Assembly (NCBI GenBank): GCA_012295275.1
Contig: CM022665.1
Span: 4,712,001-4,776,000 of the forward strand
Direction of reading: 5' to 3'
Length of the DNA stretch: 64,000 nt
Source of the DNA: Chrysomallon squamiferum
Lineage: Eukaryota > Animalia > Mollusca
The notes beneath the pieces were generated by a model. It was not told where the DNA came from. It did no database searches and saw only the letters and a program-made list of their open reading frames with translations. A program made the translations under genes and the position numbers. Positions 45,801 through 61,187 of this stretch are shown here, in pieces. Every line of letters starts with the position of its first letter. Position 1 is the first letter of the stretch.

Positions 45801-48110
45801 TGTTTTTAAATATTTTTTTAATAATTTTTTATATGTTTTAAAACTATTTTTATTTTTTCAAATGTTTTTAGAAAAAAAGCTTTCATATCAATAGCCTGAA
45901 TAACAAATTAGACACAGTGTCTATTTTTTTTATACTGAAACTGAAAAGAATATAAACATTTAAGCTTTGTGACTTAATGGTGGTGGTATGTTCTTACAAG
46001 ATGTACCAGGTATGCTCACTTCCTTTTTTTCCAATGACTAATTCGTTGTTGTTTTTCCTGTTCTTTATAATGATTACAACTTATCTGAAGTGTTGGATAT
46101 TTACATTCTATTAACTCTTTTTTCTTACAACTCGCATCACCATATGATACATCTATTCATTACTTCTGATTTTTATTATAGAATGCATCTTCTTATAAGA
46201 AAATGCAGGTACAACGACAAAGTCTTCCAGCCTGGGAGAAGCGAGATTTACTGGTAGAAGCCATTGAAAACAACCAAGTTGTGGTTATCAGTGGCATGAC
46301 AGGGTCAGTAGTAAAAATTTAAAATAATATTTTAATATCAGAACATTTACATATAGAAACTTTAATCATTGGTAAAAAAAAAAAAAAAAAAAAAAATTTA
46401 ATAATAATAATAAAATCTAATCATTATCACATGCATATAATATAGATTATCATTATTTCTGTTTAATTACCTGATCATGTCTTGATTGAAAACTGATATT
46501 GTCAGATACTTTTAGAATCCGATTTCTCAAAATGTGTTTTCCTTCTGTTTCTAAAACGTCAGTAGTATTTTAAAATATGATATAAATAAAGAATCATTTC
46601 TTTCACTAATTTATCTTGCAATTTAGTTATGTCTTTTACATACCCCCATCCACCACCACCCAAAAAAGAAAAAAAAGAAAAAGAAGTTATTAATAAGCTC
46701 ATTACAGCTTTTGTTTACTTTATTTTGATCATTATGATAGTCATTTATTAATTTCTGTTTAATTTATTATTAATATTATTATATTTTTCCCAAAAATATT
46801 TTGATAAAATCTGTATCCGTTACTTCCACTGTTTTACTCTAGGTGTGGAAAAACTACACAAGTGCCTCAGTTTCTGCTTGATTTCTACCTGAAACAAGAT
46901 AATTCTGACATGTGCAATATTGTTTGTACTCAACCTCGCAGAATTTCAGCCATAGCTGTAGCAGAAAGGGTAGCAGAAGAACGAGCCAGCAAACTGGGAG
47001 GCATTGTGGGATACCAGATCAGACTGGAGAGTGTGCAGGTATTGTTTACGATATCATTTGTTTTACTCATTTTAAAAATGTTCATAGTTATCTTGTCACT
47101 ATGACCAATGAAGTAGAGTTTGTAAATATTTTTCTGTTTGATTGTCAAATTTTTGTATATCTGAAAAAAACATTTTCAAACTTATTATTTGAAGATTGCT
47201 AAAATCATTTATGAAATATAAGGTTAAGTAATAAGCATTTGGTGATATCTGATTCATATTAAATAAACTTAAGTTTATGATATCTTATAATTATTTAAAG
47301 TAATGATATGTTTAAATATACTATTTAGCAGTATCTTTTTATTACAATATAATAAGCATAAGTTACTTCTTTTTATGTTTTTTCTTATTACAATACTAAA
47401 CAAAGTAAAATCCTTTTTTCTTTTATATCAATCCAATAATTAATTTAATTGACAAATTATCTAAATAAATTACTTTAAATATAACATACTGAATTTCAAT
47501 AGCAGATTTAAATTTTCATTTCAGTCCTCAAAAACGCGACTGTTGTTTTGCACAACAGGAATTATTCTGCGTCGACTTGAGAATGACCCTCACCTCACTG
47601 GTGTGTCTCATGTCATTGTGGATGAAGTTCACGAACGTTCTCAAGATAGGTAAGAATAAAATAACTTCATAATGAAATAAAATGTTAATATCAATGGATT
47701 TTGAAATACTAATATGACCTGATTTGGTTTCTGATACACAAGATAGCACAGAATTAATATTAGGTTTGTAAAGGTTGTTAGAAAGTAACTTTTGTTACAG
47801 TTTGTATTAATGAGATAAAATAAATACCTTACATTAAACAGTTATTTTTTTCTTTGCCAGGGAATTTTGTATATTAATATTTAATATTTAGCAATTTATT
47901 TTCCAAAATTATTTTCTTATGAACTAGAATATTTATACTACAATGCAAAACAAATTAAGATTTATCAACCTATTACTTTATTATTGTTATTATCTTTTTT
48001 AATTTATTAATTATTTTATTTATTAATTTATTTATTTATTTTTATTTTTATTTTTATTTTTATTTTTATTTTTATTTTTATTTTTATTTTTATTTTTATT
48101 TTTATTTTTA

Positions 48111-48141
<31 letters not shown>

Positions 48142-49054
48142 TTATTTTATTAGTTATGGAAATACTAATTACACTGTTTTCTCACTTTCAGTGACTTTCT
48201 TTTAATGATCTTACAAAATTTGTTGCCAGTGAGACATGATTTGAAAGTTGTATTAATGAGTGCAACTCTGAATGCTCAGCTTTTTTCTGATTATTTCTCT
48301 CTCTGTACAACCACTGAAATCCCAGGTAACCTTATTATATTATGAAGTAGAACATTATTTTATTTTTTTAACTTTATCACCCCCTCCCACCATGGAAACA
48401 GACTTAATTTATTATTTTTTTAATTACAAGTATGATTCTTGTGTGAAAAAAACTCCACTGTAATAAATCTGTTATAATTTAAATAAAAAGTTTATTTACT
48501 GAATTGCTTAATATTTCCAAATTCTTTATATATTTTTTGTACATGTAAATAAAATGGTTAATATATAATTTGTATAGGGTGTTGCTGTTGAATGGTATTG
48601 AAAAGCATTTGCATCAATACAGTAACTGAAAGAGAACAAGAATTTAATTAATTTTATTGTGTTTGTTTGTGAGCACATGGATGATTGTGTATGTATGAAA
48701 CTGAGCTTCTGAAATGCAAGTTCAGTCAATATAAACTGAGTGGTTCTAATATAATTTCAGGAAAAACATTTCCTGTTGACCAGTTCTTTCTTGAAGACAT
48801 CATAGAGTGTACCAGGTCAATATTATATTCTGTTTACTCATCTAGGAATTTGTTTGATGTCTGTTTTATAAAATAATTGCCTAAGCATCATATGTTCTTT
48901 TTAAAAAAATGTGTAAATTGTGGGACCCTGTGCTATGTCCAGTTTAGAAGACTGGTGTTGAAAACTGAGACACAGGTAACTGAATTTTGATTTACAAATA
49001 TGTTTTAGTAATATAAATGTTTTTTTTTTTTAAAGTGTTTGTTAAATATTTCAA

Positions 49055-49118
<64 letters not shown>

Positions 49119-52100
49119 TATCATTGTGTTATTTCTTTATATAGCTTTGCATTCTTCTTTCATCCATCTTCTTTTTAAATTTTTTAGGTTTGTTCTGGAG
49201 GAAAGTTCACCTTATGCACGACCTTTAAAAAAGGGCCAATGCTGAGAACATAAGCGATGAGCTAAGAATGCTTAGCAGTGGGAGTTCACTCCCCTACCCA
49301 AAAGACAATATCAGAGATGAAAACCTCACAGTACAACAGTTGTTTGCAAGATATTCTGGTATTGTTTTGAGATCCCTTTTCTTTTTTTCTTTTTTTTCTT
49401 TGACTTGTTATTTTATGTCTGATGATTAATTTACCCATAGGAAGATTTAAAAAAATATTTTGTTATTTAATTTCTGGTCAATGGCAAAATAATAATATTT
49501 GGAATTTTGATAGGATCTGCCTATAGTTGGATCATTCGTGAAAAATGAAATTTTGAGGGCTATATTTTTGTGTGTCAAAAATCACAGGGTCATTCCATGT
49601 CAAATCACCCCCCAAAAAAAGAAATTTAAACCCGACCGTCTCAGATTTTTATAAAACATTTTCAAAATTTGGTGCTGTGGGATGCCAGTCAACAAGTATA
49701 CCAAGTTTTATAAAAATCGGAGATGGTTGGGTTTAACCCACTGGGTGATTTGACACGGAATGACCCCACATATATAATCTCAGTGAAAAACAACAGCAAC
49801 AACAACAAAATTATTAATGTAGATGTATATTATGTGTTTAATTTTTATACCTGTGGATTCTATCAACTGATTTGATCAGAAAATTCTTCTTCTATTAATT
49901 TATAGATGGATACAGTCGGTCAACAATAAAGACATTAGCAACATTGGATATGGAAAAAATTAATGTGGACCTCATAGTTTCCATACTGGAGTGGATTATA
50001 GACGGTGAACATGAAGTGAGTTAATTTTTGAATAATTTAAGTTAATCATAAGTAATTGTGAAGAAATATCAAGAGTGATTATTAGTAATGACAGCCTTTA
50101 GATAATAAATTTATGCTTTTGGAATCAGTAATCTAAAGATTTATTAATTGTTTCATATGTTACAACCCTTGAAGATAGCAGTATAGTTTGAGGTATTCCA
50201 TTTTCTGAATATTTTTTTGCAGTCTGACGTGAATTAGGGTATGGAATAAGTTGAAGATCTCTACCATTCAGTCTTAATGATATATCTAGAAAGATGAAAA
50301 AATATTTTGTTTAGTGAAACACTGATTAATTCTGAATATTTTGACTGTATATATATATATATATAGATATAGATACAAATAGATAGATACATACATACAC
50401 TCAAGCACAGTACTTGAGAGGAAATCCACTGCAACCTTCTGAAGGGCTAATCTATTATTATCAGTAATGGATCTTCTACATGCACCTTCCCATGCATCTG
50501 TGACTGTGTTTGATAAACTAGTCATAGAATAACAGGACTGGAAATAGTATAATGGGTCTAAAATACTGTATGGGTGCTTAATTCTTTGTTTTGTTAGACC
50601 TTTATTTTGATATTTGTTTTTACAGTATCCAAGAAATGGAGCAGTTTTAATATTCATGCCAGGTTTTGCTGAGATCCAATCAGTGTATGACGCACTGCTG
50701 GCTCATTCTGAATTCCGGAAAAAGTCCAGGTAATTTGTAAACATGGATCATATATTGTAGCTTTGTCTGTTTAGTTTTTTCTGAAAAAAATCTGTTATTT
50801 TATTTTTATAAATTTCTTTCTTAAACTTCTTTCACTCTGTTTCTTTCTTTTTTCTTTTTTTTTTTTTTTTTTTTTCTTTTCTTTAGCAATAAACTAGTTA
50901 TTTATTATTTATCAGTGGAAGAGTATTTGTCATTAAAATTGTCTTTTTCCTTTGTTTATTAAGCAATAACATTTAGATATTGTTTTGTATATTCTGAAAT
51001 AAAAATTAAATATAATTTATATTTGATCTTCAGCTATGATGCAAAATAATTTTCTGTTACTTTTTATGATTTTATGGTACTTACAGGTATTTGGTTATTC
51101 CCTTACACTCAACACTGTCAAGTGAAGACCAGCATGCAGTGTTTCAGTGAGTAACAAAATTAAATGATAAAATATTTATTTATTTGTTTGTTTATTTATT
51201 TGTCTGTTTGTTTGTTTATTAAATTTATTTTTATTAATTTATTTTTTTAAATTTATTTATTTTTTCAGACCCTTATTTGCCATACAAAAACAATCTGTAT
51301 TATTTGTTGATTTTTTATTCTTATAGCATTAAAATATTAGTGCATTACAAAATTTAAATAACCATTCATATGTAAGAAAATAAAAGTTAAGAATACACTC
51401 TACTGGTCATAAATTATAAAAAATTCAGTTATTTCTGATTTGCAGGACTCCACCAAAGGGTATTACTAAAATTGTAATAGCCACTAACATAGCTGAGACC
51501 TCCATTACTATAGATGATGTTGTGTTTGTGATTGATACAGGAAGAATGAAGGAAAAAAGGTTTGTTCACATTCTTTAGCAACAGAAATACCCAAAAATGT
51601 TTTGAACATTCTGTTATTTACTGAGAAGGAAACCAAATGTGATTATCTCGATGTCTGTGTTACATATTTTGTTTATGTTAACATCAGAATTTATAAACAA
51701 CTTAATAAAATCATTATTCATTTTTATTTTTATTCACTCAAATGCTTTTTATAAACCATTTATCAGGTACGATTCTTCCAAAGGAATGGAAAGTTTAGAA
51801 TTAGCCTGGGTATCAAGAGCCAATGCTCTTCAAAGGAAGGGGCGAGCTGGAAGAGTTACTTCAGGTGTCTGTTTCCATTTGTTTACAAGTCATCGTTTTG
51901 AACATCACTTGAGAGAGCAACCAATTCCAGGTACATAATATGCTTCTTTTTTCATTTACAAAAAATAAACACCCAAACAAAATGCTTTATGAAATTATGA
52001 ATTCGGCTAAGAATTTGTACTTGTTTTTTTTTATTCATAATTTTACAGATATTATGATTTTTATCATCCCTAATTCAGATATATCTAGTTTACAAGAAAA

Positions 52101-53684
52101 ATTTGAAATTAGTATAAGGAAAGACATTCATACCTAATCAGAAATATACAGTAGACAAGTAATTTTATTTTTTGGGATATTATTCAAATGTGAATTCCTG
52201 ATAAACAAAGGATTTTCTGTTTCTATGATGAATTACTGAGTGTTATGAGACATAAAAAGATGTTATGATAGTAAGTTTTCATGGAAGCATGTTAATATTA
52301 TTTATGTTTTATTACCAAAGATTTCTAATAAAATAAAAACAAAATAACTTGGAAATACAAATCTGTTTATATATTTATATACAACAACAAAATGTATACT
52401 TTAAAATGTATTCTATATATAAACAGGTCTTCTAATAAAGAATACATGTGTGTGTGTGTGTGTAAATAGTTTCCAGCTAGACATTAATCTGCCATTATTC
52501 AGTATTCAAATAAGAATAAACATTTCTATTCTCTGTAAATGGTATACCAGTATCTTAAGTCAGTATCATAGTTTTTATTTATATAATTAATGACAACCTA
52601 AATAGAAACATGCAGATGAAGAATTTCATATTATTTTAGTAGTATTGCAAATTGTTTAGAGATCAGCTTACTCACAATTACAGCCAAACGGTATTAGGCA
52701 GTAGTAATATCACAGCTTTTAGGAAAGTATTTTCAACATTTCTCTAAACTCTACATGTATTTGTGAATGTATAATTCAGTGTACAAATTTTCAAAAAGTA
52801 TATTATGTAGTCTTTATAATTAATTTCTGATTATTTCTTAGTGGTATTATTTATGGTAATGTAAATGAAATTATTTATATTTATATACCCAAGTTTATTC
52901 AATATGGATGATTCCTTTGTGACCACTTTTATGATTATTTATTGTTTACTAATACCACCTGACTTTAATGATTGGATTATCAAAATAAATGGCTGATACT
53001 GTCATGTGAAGGTGAATTTAATAAAGATTCCTTACTGTTGATTGCAAATATGTAGCCCATTACAGTAGATTTCTCCACTAAGCTGTTTCTGTGGTACATA
53101 GGTTCCTAACCATTTTAATGGGCCATATAATTATAGATTCAAAATAAGTTGAGTGTCTTGTTAAATACATTTATTTTATTTTATTTTACTGGGGGAAAAA
53201 AAAAGAAAAAACACAAATAAAAAAACACTGAGCTTTACAACATTACATTTCAATAAACATATTTTTAAACTGTTGTCAGAATTAAAAAAAATTATATCTG
53301 TACATTTTTTTTAAATTTCAAAAGGTGTTTTTTCAGATGTGAGATGTTAAAGATCAGTGGATTTTTTTGTTTTTTTGTGGGTTTTTGGCACCCCCAATAT
53401 TTATATTAATTTCATCATCTTATTGAATCTTCGTCTTTCTGATTTCTAACAGAGATACAGAGAGCACCACTGGAACAAATATGTCTGAGAATAAGAATGA
53501 TGGACCTTTTCAAAGAAAACAGCATCAAAGTATGTTCTTTTTTTGCTTTCATTTATTTTATGTCTCCAATATATTTTGTTCTTTAAAGTAAAGTTTCTAA
53601 AATATGCAACATGCTCTGTTATGGATTTAACATCTTAAAAAGAATATTGCTGTGTAATAGTATGGATATTAATAGCCTGCATTA

Positions 53685-53736
<52 letters not shown>

Positions 53737-56700
53737 CTCCCTCCCTCCCTCCCCCTCCCTCCCTCTCCCTCTCTACCTCTACCTCTCTCTCTACCTCTCT
53801 CTACCTCTGTGTCTGTATATTAAAGTACATTTAATGATGTTCAAGTATCTGATAATTATTACATTAGTTTATGTACTAAGTATCTAGCTGTTGTACCATT
53901 AATTTGTATATACATACATACAATTATATTTAAATACAGTATGATATCCATTATTACGTTAGTTTATATAGTGATCCAAGTATGTTGTCATTATACATAT
54001 TAGCTTATTTATATATAATTATGTGTGTCATTTCCAGGAAGTGTTAATGAATCTGATAGAACCTCCAGCCATGCAGTCCATTGATGATGCTTTAAAAAGA
54101 CTGCAGGATCTTGGCGCACTCAACACAGACATGGTATGTATAATATACATGTATAATTCCTGAAAATTTCAGAAAATACGTATAATATCTGGTTAACTCG
54201 GGAAACTGGCAATGTAATGGCTGCAGTTAGGTCATCACCCTGACTGCAGTTGATGGAGAATTTCAGGAGGGAGTCTAGGTAATGACAGGCCAGTCAGTAC
54301 AAGCACCAAAACCAACATTGCTGCAGATGGGGAAAACTTGATTCCTCTGTGAAGACCAGAGTTCTTTTGAAACTGAACAGTTGTTCTGTTAACTCCTAAC
54401 CAACAAACAAGCATGTCCTTAATGTCACAATTAGCTCTTTCTGCAGATCCTTGGCTCTGTGGATGTCTGGTTTTCCCTTAGACCATCACCAGCTCTGGAC
54501 ACATTACTTTCAGTTCAGTGATTACACTTATTTTCTGACACTTTCAGGAATTACACATATTTCCTGTAACATTTATAATAATATAAATAGTTTTAAGTAG
54601 ATTTTGTAAAACAGAATGTGCAGCATGTGTTATTTCTGAATGAGATGTACTCTTTTCTTAGTGGCTTTTCTGTTGTATGGTAAAATTACCCTCAATTCCT
54701 TCATTAGTATTATTGAGTGTATAGAATAGTACATCACCAGTGATGCCTTTTAAATTACAGAAATATCTATATATTATTCAATAAATAAGAAAAATTAATA
54801 AATGAATAAATAAGAAGGAAATAACAGCCTAAAAACAGACCACACAAAATAAGAGGTAACATGTTGTACCTTTATTATTAGTAGTATTATTATCAGAATT
54901 TCTACAGAAATATTTTAGGTTATGTTTTAAATTATAATAATAATAATTGAAAGAAGGAATCTGTAAATTCTAGATGTAAAAACAGATCACAAAATATTAT
55001 GTGTGTTTTATGATATCATTAATATTAACAATATTTTTCATTAAAAAAAAAGTAATAATAATAATAATATTATTTAACAATAATAATAATAATAAAAGAA
55101 AAAAGGATTATATAAATTTGACTTTTACTCTTTCTTTTTTTTCTAGGAATTAACACCATTAGGATATCATCTTGGATCGCTGCCAGTTGATGTTAGGTTT
55201 GTACTCTTTTGTTTTAGCTACATAAATAAATACCCAACCAGCTAACTCACTAAGTAAATAAGTGAAAATAGAAAATCAAAGTTAACTGCAACAGATTTCA
55301 ACAGCATCATTTATATAACCATCAAACCAGGCAAGTCACATTTTATTCAGTTGTTATTTAAAAAATTTGAAATTCTATATGATTAAGTGCAGTGATTCAT
55401 ATAAATATATACATTTGTCTTTGCAGAATTGGCAAGCTAATGTTGTTTGGGGCAATTTTCCGATGTCTTGATTCTGTTCTTACTATTGCAGCCACACTGA
55501 GTTCAAAGTCACCTTTTGTATGTTGTGTTTTACAATATATTCTTTTATGAACAGTAGATAACATGGGTATGTGTGAAGTTTGTATGTATGAGAGAGAGAG
55601 AGAGAGAGAGAGAATAAATGACTGGAAGACAAAGTGAGAGAGTCACTGAAGTGAACATGGTTATTAAGCAATAAAATATGAATCTGATGATATGCAGCAG
55701 TTACTGGAGCAAGTTATTTAAATGATCTCTTAATTATAAATGTTGGTTTCACTGTGATAAATTTTATTTTGTTCACTCATTTTTTTTTAAATCATGTCAA
55801 AATCATATAATGTCATAAAACAAATCCTAGATGACTGAAATTAAAAGTCTGAAAAAGTCAACCATATTAAATTGCAGATAAATATCATTTTACACTTAAA
55901 ATAATTGTAAAGAAACGAAAGTAAATGTTAAATGTAAATGTCCTGTTATTTAATTAAATAAAAAAGAAACAAAATACATAATGTCTTCTAAAGTCAGTGT
56001 GTAATCTGTCTTTGCCACAGAAATTGTAATGGAGAGTAAAAATCAAATTTGTACTTTTCTGTAATTGTATCATTTTATTATGGACATGTTATGATTATTT
56101 ATTTTGCCTGTAAGATAGGAAGGATGATTATGTGTTTGTGGGTCAGTTTGAGTATATTTGTGTAAATTTTTGTGTGAGGTTTTTGTCTGTATGTTGTTGC
56201 TTTTTTGTGTATATGTGTGCACACATACATGCCTGTCTGTGTATGTACATTTGTATATCCTTGTATGTGCATGCAGGTATGCAAGAATGAGTGAGTGTGT
56301 TCTTGTATTTATCATTTTATGACTATAAATGTAAATGTGTGCATAAATTTCTATGGGATTTTTGTTATTATATACTTAGTACAAAAAGTTAAGTGCCATC
56401 TAAATCATATGTGGATAATGCATTGGCTTGAAAGGAAAATTAAAAATAAATTCAACTGGAGTAACAAGCAATGATACATTCTGTGCATTTCAGTCTGCTG
56501 TGTATGTACAATCTGTTAATGTTTCCTAGGATACACAAAAATAATGTCCTACATTTCACAAATCAGCTCTTCTGTCTTTTTTTTCCACTGTCTATAATTA
56601 AAAAAACAACTTTCAATTCAAACTGTCACAGCTGTCTGCTGAGAAGAGATGGGATACAGACTGGATATGGAGGCTGTGCAAGGAATGCTAAACAATGGAG

Positions 56701-59700
56701 AAATATCTAAACTGACGTTCATCATCCCATCATAGTGACACATTACAATAACCAACCCCTAAGCAGTTGATTTGTATATATGGATGACAATGTTTGTTCT
56801 CACAGAGCAAGAGCCATAGCAGACATTGCTCAACCCAAATGAATATCTTTGGGACATTCTTGGATGTAAAAAAGAATCCACCAATAGAAACTTGCAGAAT
56901 TTGAAGCTGCTTTACTTCAGGAATGGGAGTTGCTCCCATAACAAACAATTCAAAGGTTAATTTGTAGCATGAGGTGTATGGTACAATTAGTAATCCTGTA
57001 TGCTACTGAGTAACTGGTTGTTCTAGGAATCTTGATGGAACACTGATTTGTTTTTTAATTCCACCTTGTTTTGTGCTGATGTCAAATTTTTTCAGCCTTC
57101 TTTTTTCATACCTGTATGACAACAACAAATGTGGTAGAAATATCTTTTATCGTGTTTCTTATTTGTATTTTTATTTCATTCCTAAAATTTTCTGAAAGGC
57201 TGTATATCTCCACATTTCCATTTAGCTGATTTTAAATAATGTCCTAAGTGAAGTAATTATTTATTTTGTAAATTCAGGTATCCCCATTTGACAAGCGTCA
57301 GGAAGCTGATAACAAGAAACTGGAGTTTGCCATGGGAAACTCTGACCATCTCACGGTGCTGAATGCCTACATGGTAATGAATATATTTAATATTATGTCT
57401 TAGAGTCTTCCTGTGAATATTTGAAATTAGAAAAACTTTTCATATAATGATAATTAATATGCAGGTTGATTGTCATTTCATTCCTACTGCAGCAAATTTT
57501 GAAATGAAATAATTATATGGGTATATCAGTATTCACATACATATTTCTATATTGCATGTTATTTTATACTATATTATGATACTGCATTACTTTTTATATC
57601 TTATGTATTACAGTGCATATAATCATCTTCACATTAACCTAATATATCATAAAGGCATTGTGACTTTTGTTTTAAAATGTCAGCAAACACTGCATTCTTT
57701 TTAATGTCTTTAATGAACTGAATTTATAGTCTATTCTCATCTTCAAAGCAGAATTTTTAAATTTTTATATATTTAAAAAAAATAAGTGTGTATTGCCTAT
57801 TTTTATATTGTTTGTCTCACCATATGTTACTTGATAGGCTGTACATTGTTTTTGTACTTTGTGGTGTTTTGGTTATGTTAAATGAATAGTAAAGGTAAAA
57901 ATAATTATTTTTCTTCTACTTTGTTTTTTTTTCCTAGGGATGGATCAAAGCAAAAAAGAGAAGTTCTTATGAAGGGTTTCAGTTCTGTCGAGAAAATTTC
58001 CTCTCCATTAAATCTTTACAGGTTTTCTTTTTAATATTTACAAAAAAAACATAATTCACAGTCTTTGTATCTGTCACATAAAGCCAAATACGTAAAATAA
58101 TTGATTTTCTCAAGGCAATATTCTCATAATCTTCTCAGCATGGTGCATTTCAGTATATCAGCAAAGATGTTGAATTGTGATACTAAGTTGGCATATTTTT
58201 GTGAAAAACATTATGATACTTGTTGATATATATGAAATAAATTATAAATGTAGCTGGATTTACGTGAAATAAATTATTATTATTGTTGGATTTTCATGAA
58301 ATAAATTATAAATGTAGATGGTTATAGTGAATGTATGGTGAATAAATTATAAAGGATGGTTAATTAAAGTCTGTAGAGTATGTTTTTTTATCTTGTTAAT
58401 TATTAAGATTGCCTATAATGGTGAAAACATCAACAAAAGCCATCACTAATATTGAAATGTACTGAGATGTATTTCAGCACATTCATTCTTCAGTCCAGTG
58501 ATGTTGTCATACTCTTGCATCTGGTCTCTGTAATCTTTATACTATCACAAAATCATACTTGCTCATAATGGCAGTACTAATAATATCAGCTGAAGTCAAC
58601 TGAATGTGCCAATTTAGAATGTGGAATTTTTTTTTTTTTTTAAATCCTATTCTGAGACTGAGGTAACTCATGTGACTGTTTGTTGTTATTCCAGATGATG
58701 TCCAGTTTAAAACAGCAGTTTGTTGAGCTGATTTCTGATATTGGTTTTGTGAAGGAAGGTATCACACTGAGAGATGTCGAGAGAGCATCACGCGATGGGA
58801 CTGATGGTGTTGTCAATGCCACAGGTGAAGAGGTGTGACGAAGTCTTACATTAATTCCATATTTATTTATTTTCAATTTTTTTTTTTAAATCTGGTTTAT
58901 TTTAATTAGACAAGCCAGTAGGTTTCTTTTATTGTTATATTGGTATTATTTTTATTATTCTTACTATTATAATTATTATTATTATTATTTATTTATTTAT
59001 TTTCTAATTTTTTTTTTAAATCTGGTTTATTTCAATAAGACAACTCGTTAGGTTTCTTTTATTATTATATTGTTAATGTTGTTATTATTGTTACTATTAT
59101 CATTAATGTTATTGTTATGGTTTATGATGATGATTATTATCATTATCATTATCATTTATTTATTTATTTATTTATTTACTAGTAATAGACATTATTTCAT
59201 AACCATTTTGCTTTCTTCAACTTTTTATTATGAAAATTCTTTCAGTCTTTGTAAACAACAAGACATGAGCATAGAGAGAGGTTTTAACTATTTATTGTGT
59301 ACACACGTACGCTTGAAGAAAATTTATAGTTATTGTTATGGTCTTGTTTCAGGCAAATGCCAACTGTGGCAACTGGAAGTTACTGTCAGCAATGTTGGTT
59401 GGTGCTTTATATCCTAATGTGGTGCAGATACTTACACCAGAAACTAGATATGCTCAGAGTGGTGCAGGTAAACAAATCATACAAATAATCACTCATGTAT
59501 CCATTTTTTCTGAGAAACTTTATTTAAAAACTAAAAATCTCTTTAAGCAATAATAATAATAATAATAATAATTAAAAAATAAATAATGGATACTAATGAA
59601 TATTTTGTTGTTTCATTTGTTATCTTATAACCCACATTTAATCAGAAGTCTTTAATGACAGAGATTTTCCTGTTGACATTTTGTTTTAATTTAAATTATA

Positions 59701-61152
59701 TAGTTGTACAGATTTTCTTATTAAAATGTGACTTTCCAAATTTCTTTTGTAAAACTGATTTTTCAGTGTATTGGTATTCCATGGGAGCATTACAATCTTT
59801 TGTTTCTTTTTCTTTTTTTCTTTTTTTTCTCTAAAATTTAAGAATCTGGGTATATTGTTACTGAAAGTAAAGTATTTTACAATAAGTTTAATTCTTGACT
59901 TTAATCTTTAACAGGAGCTGTTATGAGAGCACCAAAACCACAAGAGATGAAATTTAAGACAAAATCAGATGGATATGTAAGACTTCTTTTGACATTTATA
60001 TACCAAGATAGATAAATCAAAAGAAGTTATTTTTACCCTTTAATGACATTATCGCAAATTGATTTAAAAACTTTTTTTATTTATATATTTTTTTTATTAT
60101 TATTCTTTTATATTGCATTTATTATTATTGACAGTCATGTTTCATAGACTAGAAAATTACTGGTATTTTGAATTAATTTTTTTTACATCCATACTGTAAT
60201 TTATAAGTGTTGTATGTTTAATGCTACACATACTGTAATTTATAATTGATGTGTTTAACGTTACATTACACTTTCTTACAAAAATAGTTTTTCTTACTTT
60301 TCAGGTATTTATCCATCCATCTTCTATCAATTTCCAAGTCCGACATTACGAGAGTCCATATTTAGTATACCATGAGAAAGTGAAGACATCGAAGGTCAGC
60401 GTTAATATGGAAACTTTTTAATTTTAAGAAATAATAACAGTTACTGTAATAATAAAAATGGTGATGGCGATGATGTTGATGATGATAAAAATAATACTAA
60501 ATCAGACTAATAATTTTATCTATAATTTTTTAATAAAATTTGCCAATCTAATAAGTTATCAATCATTCTGATTTTTGCTAGTAATAAAATAATACGGTGT
60601 GAGGAATGAAATGCATGATGGCTGACATTTTCTATGTCATTATATTTTATTATTTGTCAAAAAAAAGAAAAGAAAGTGCTGATAAAAAGACTAAAGAAAT
60701 CAAAACCAAACTGTTTTTTTATCCCAGGGGTGTCAAGGAATTTGTTTCCAAGCTATTACATTTATGTATATCATTCTGTTAACAGGTTTATATCCGAGAC
60801 TGCACAATGGTGTCTGTGTATCCACTGCTGCTGTTTGGTAGTAGTGACATCTCCATTGATTTAGAACGTGGTGATTTTGTTCTCTCTATTGATGACGGGT
60901 GGATTAGATTTCTAGTCAAGTCACACAAGGTAGGTGTTTAACATTTTTCAAGCATATTTCATTAGATTTTGTTGTCGTTCTTTCTACTGATGATAGATGA
61001 ATAAAATCACGAGTTAGGATTCTGTTTTAACATTTTTCAAACAATTTGGTTATTTTTTTTTGTCCTTGTGACTTTTAAAATTATTTCAATTCTTTTATCA
61101 TTTTATTTTTTTTAATTTTAATTTTATTATTTATTTATTTATTTATTTATTT

Positions 61153-61187
<35 letters not shown>

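Noticed and set aside
54184-54530. Higher-GC intronic patches in DHX57 (also about 56630-57080) as nested genes or snoRNAs
   Set aside because: No convincing ORF, splice pattern or C/D-H/ACA box arrangement; probably old repeats that I cannot classify.
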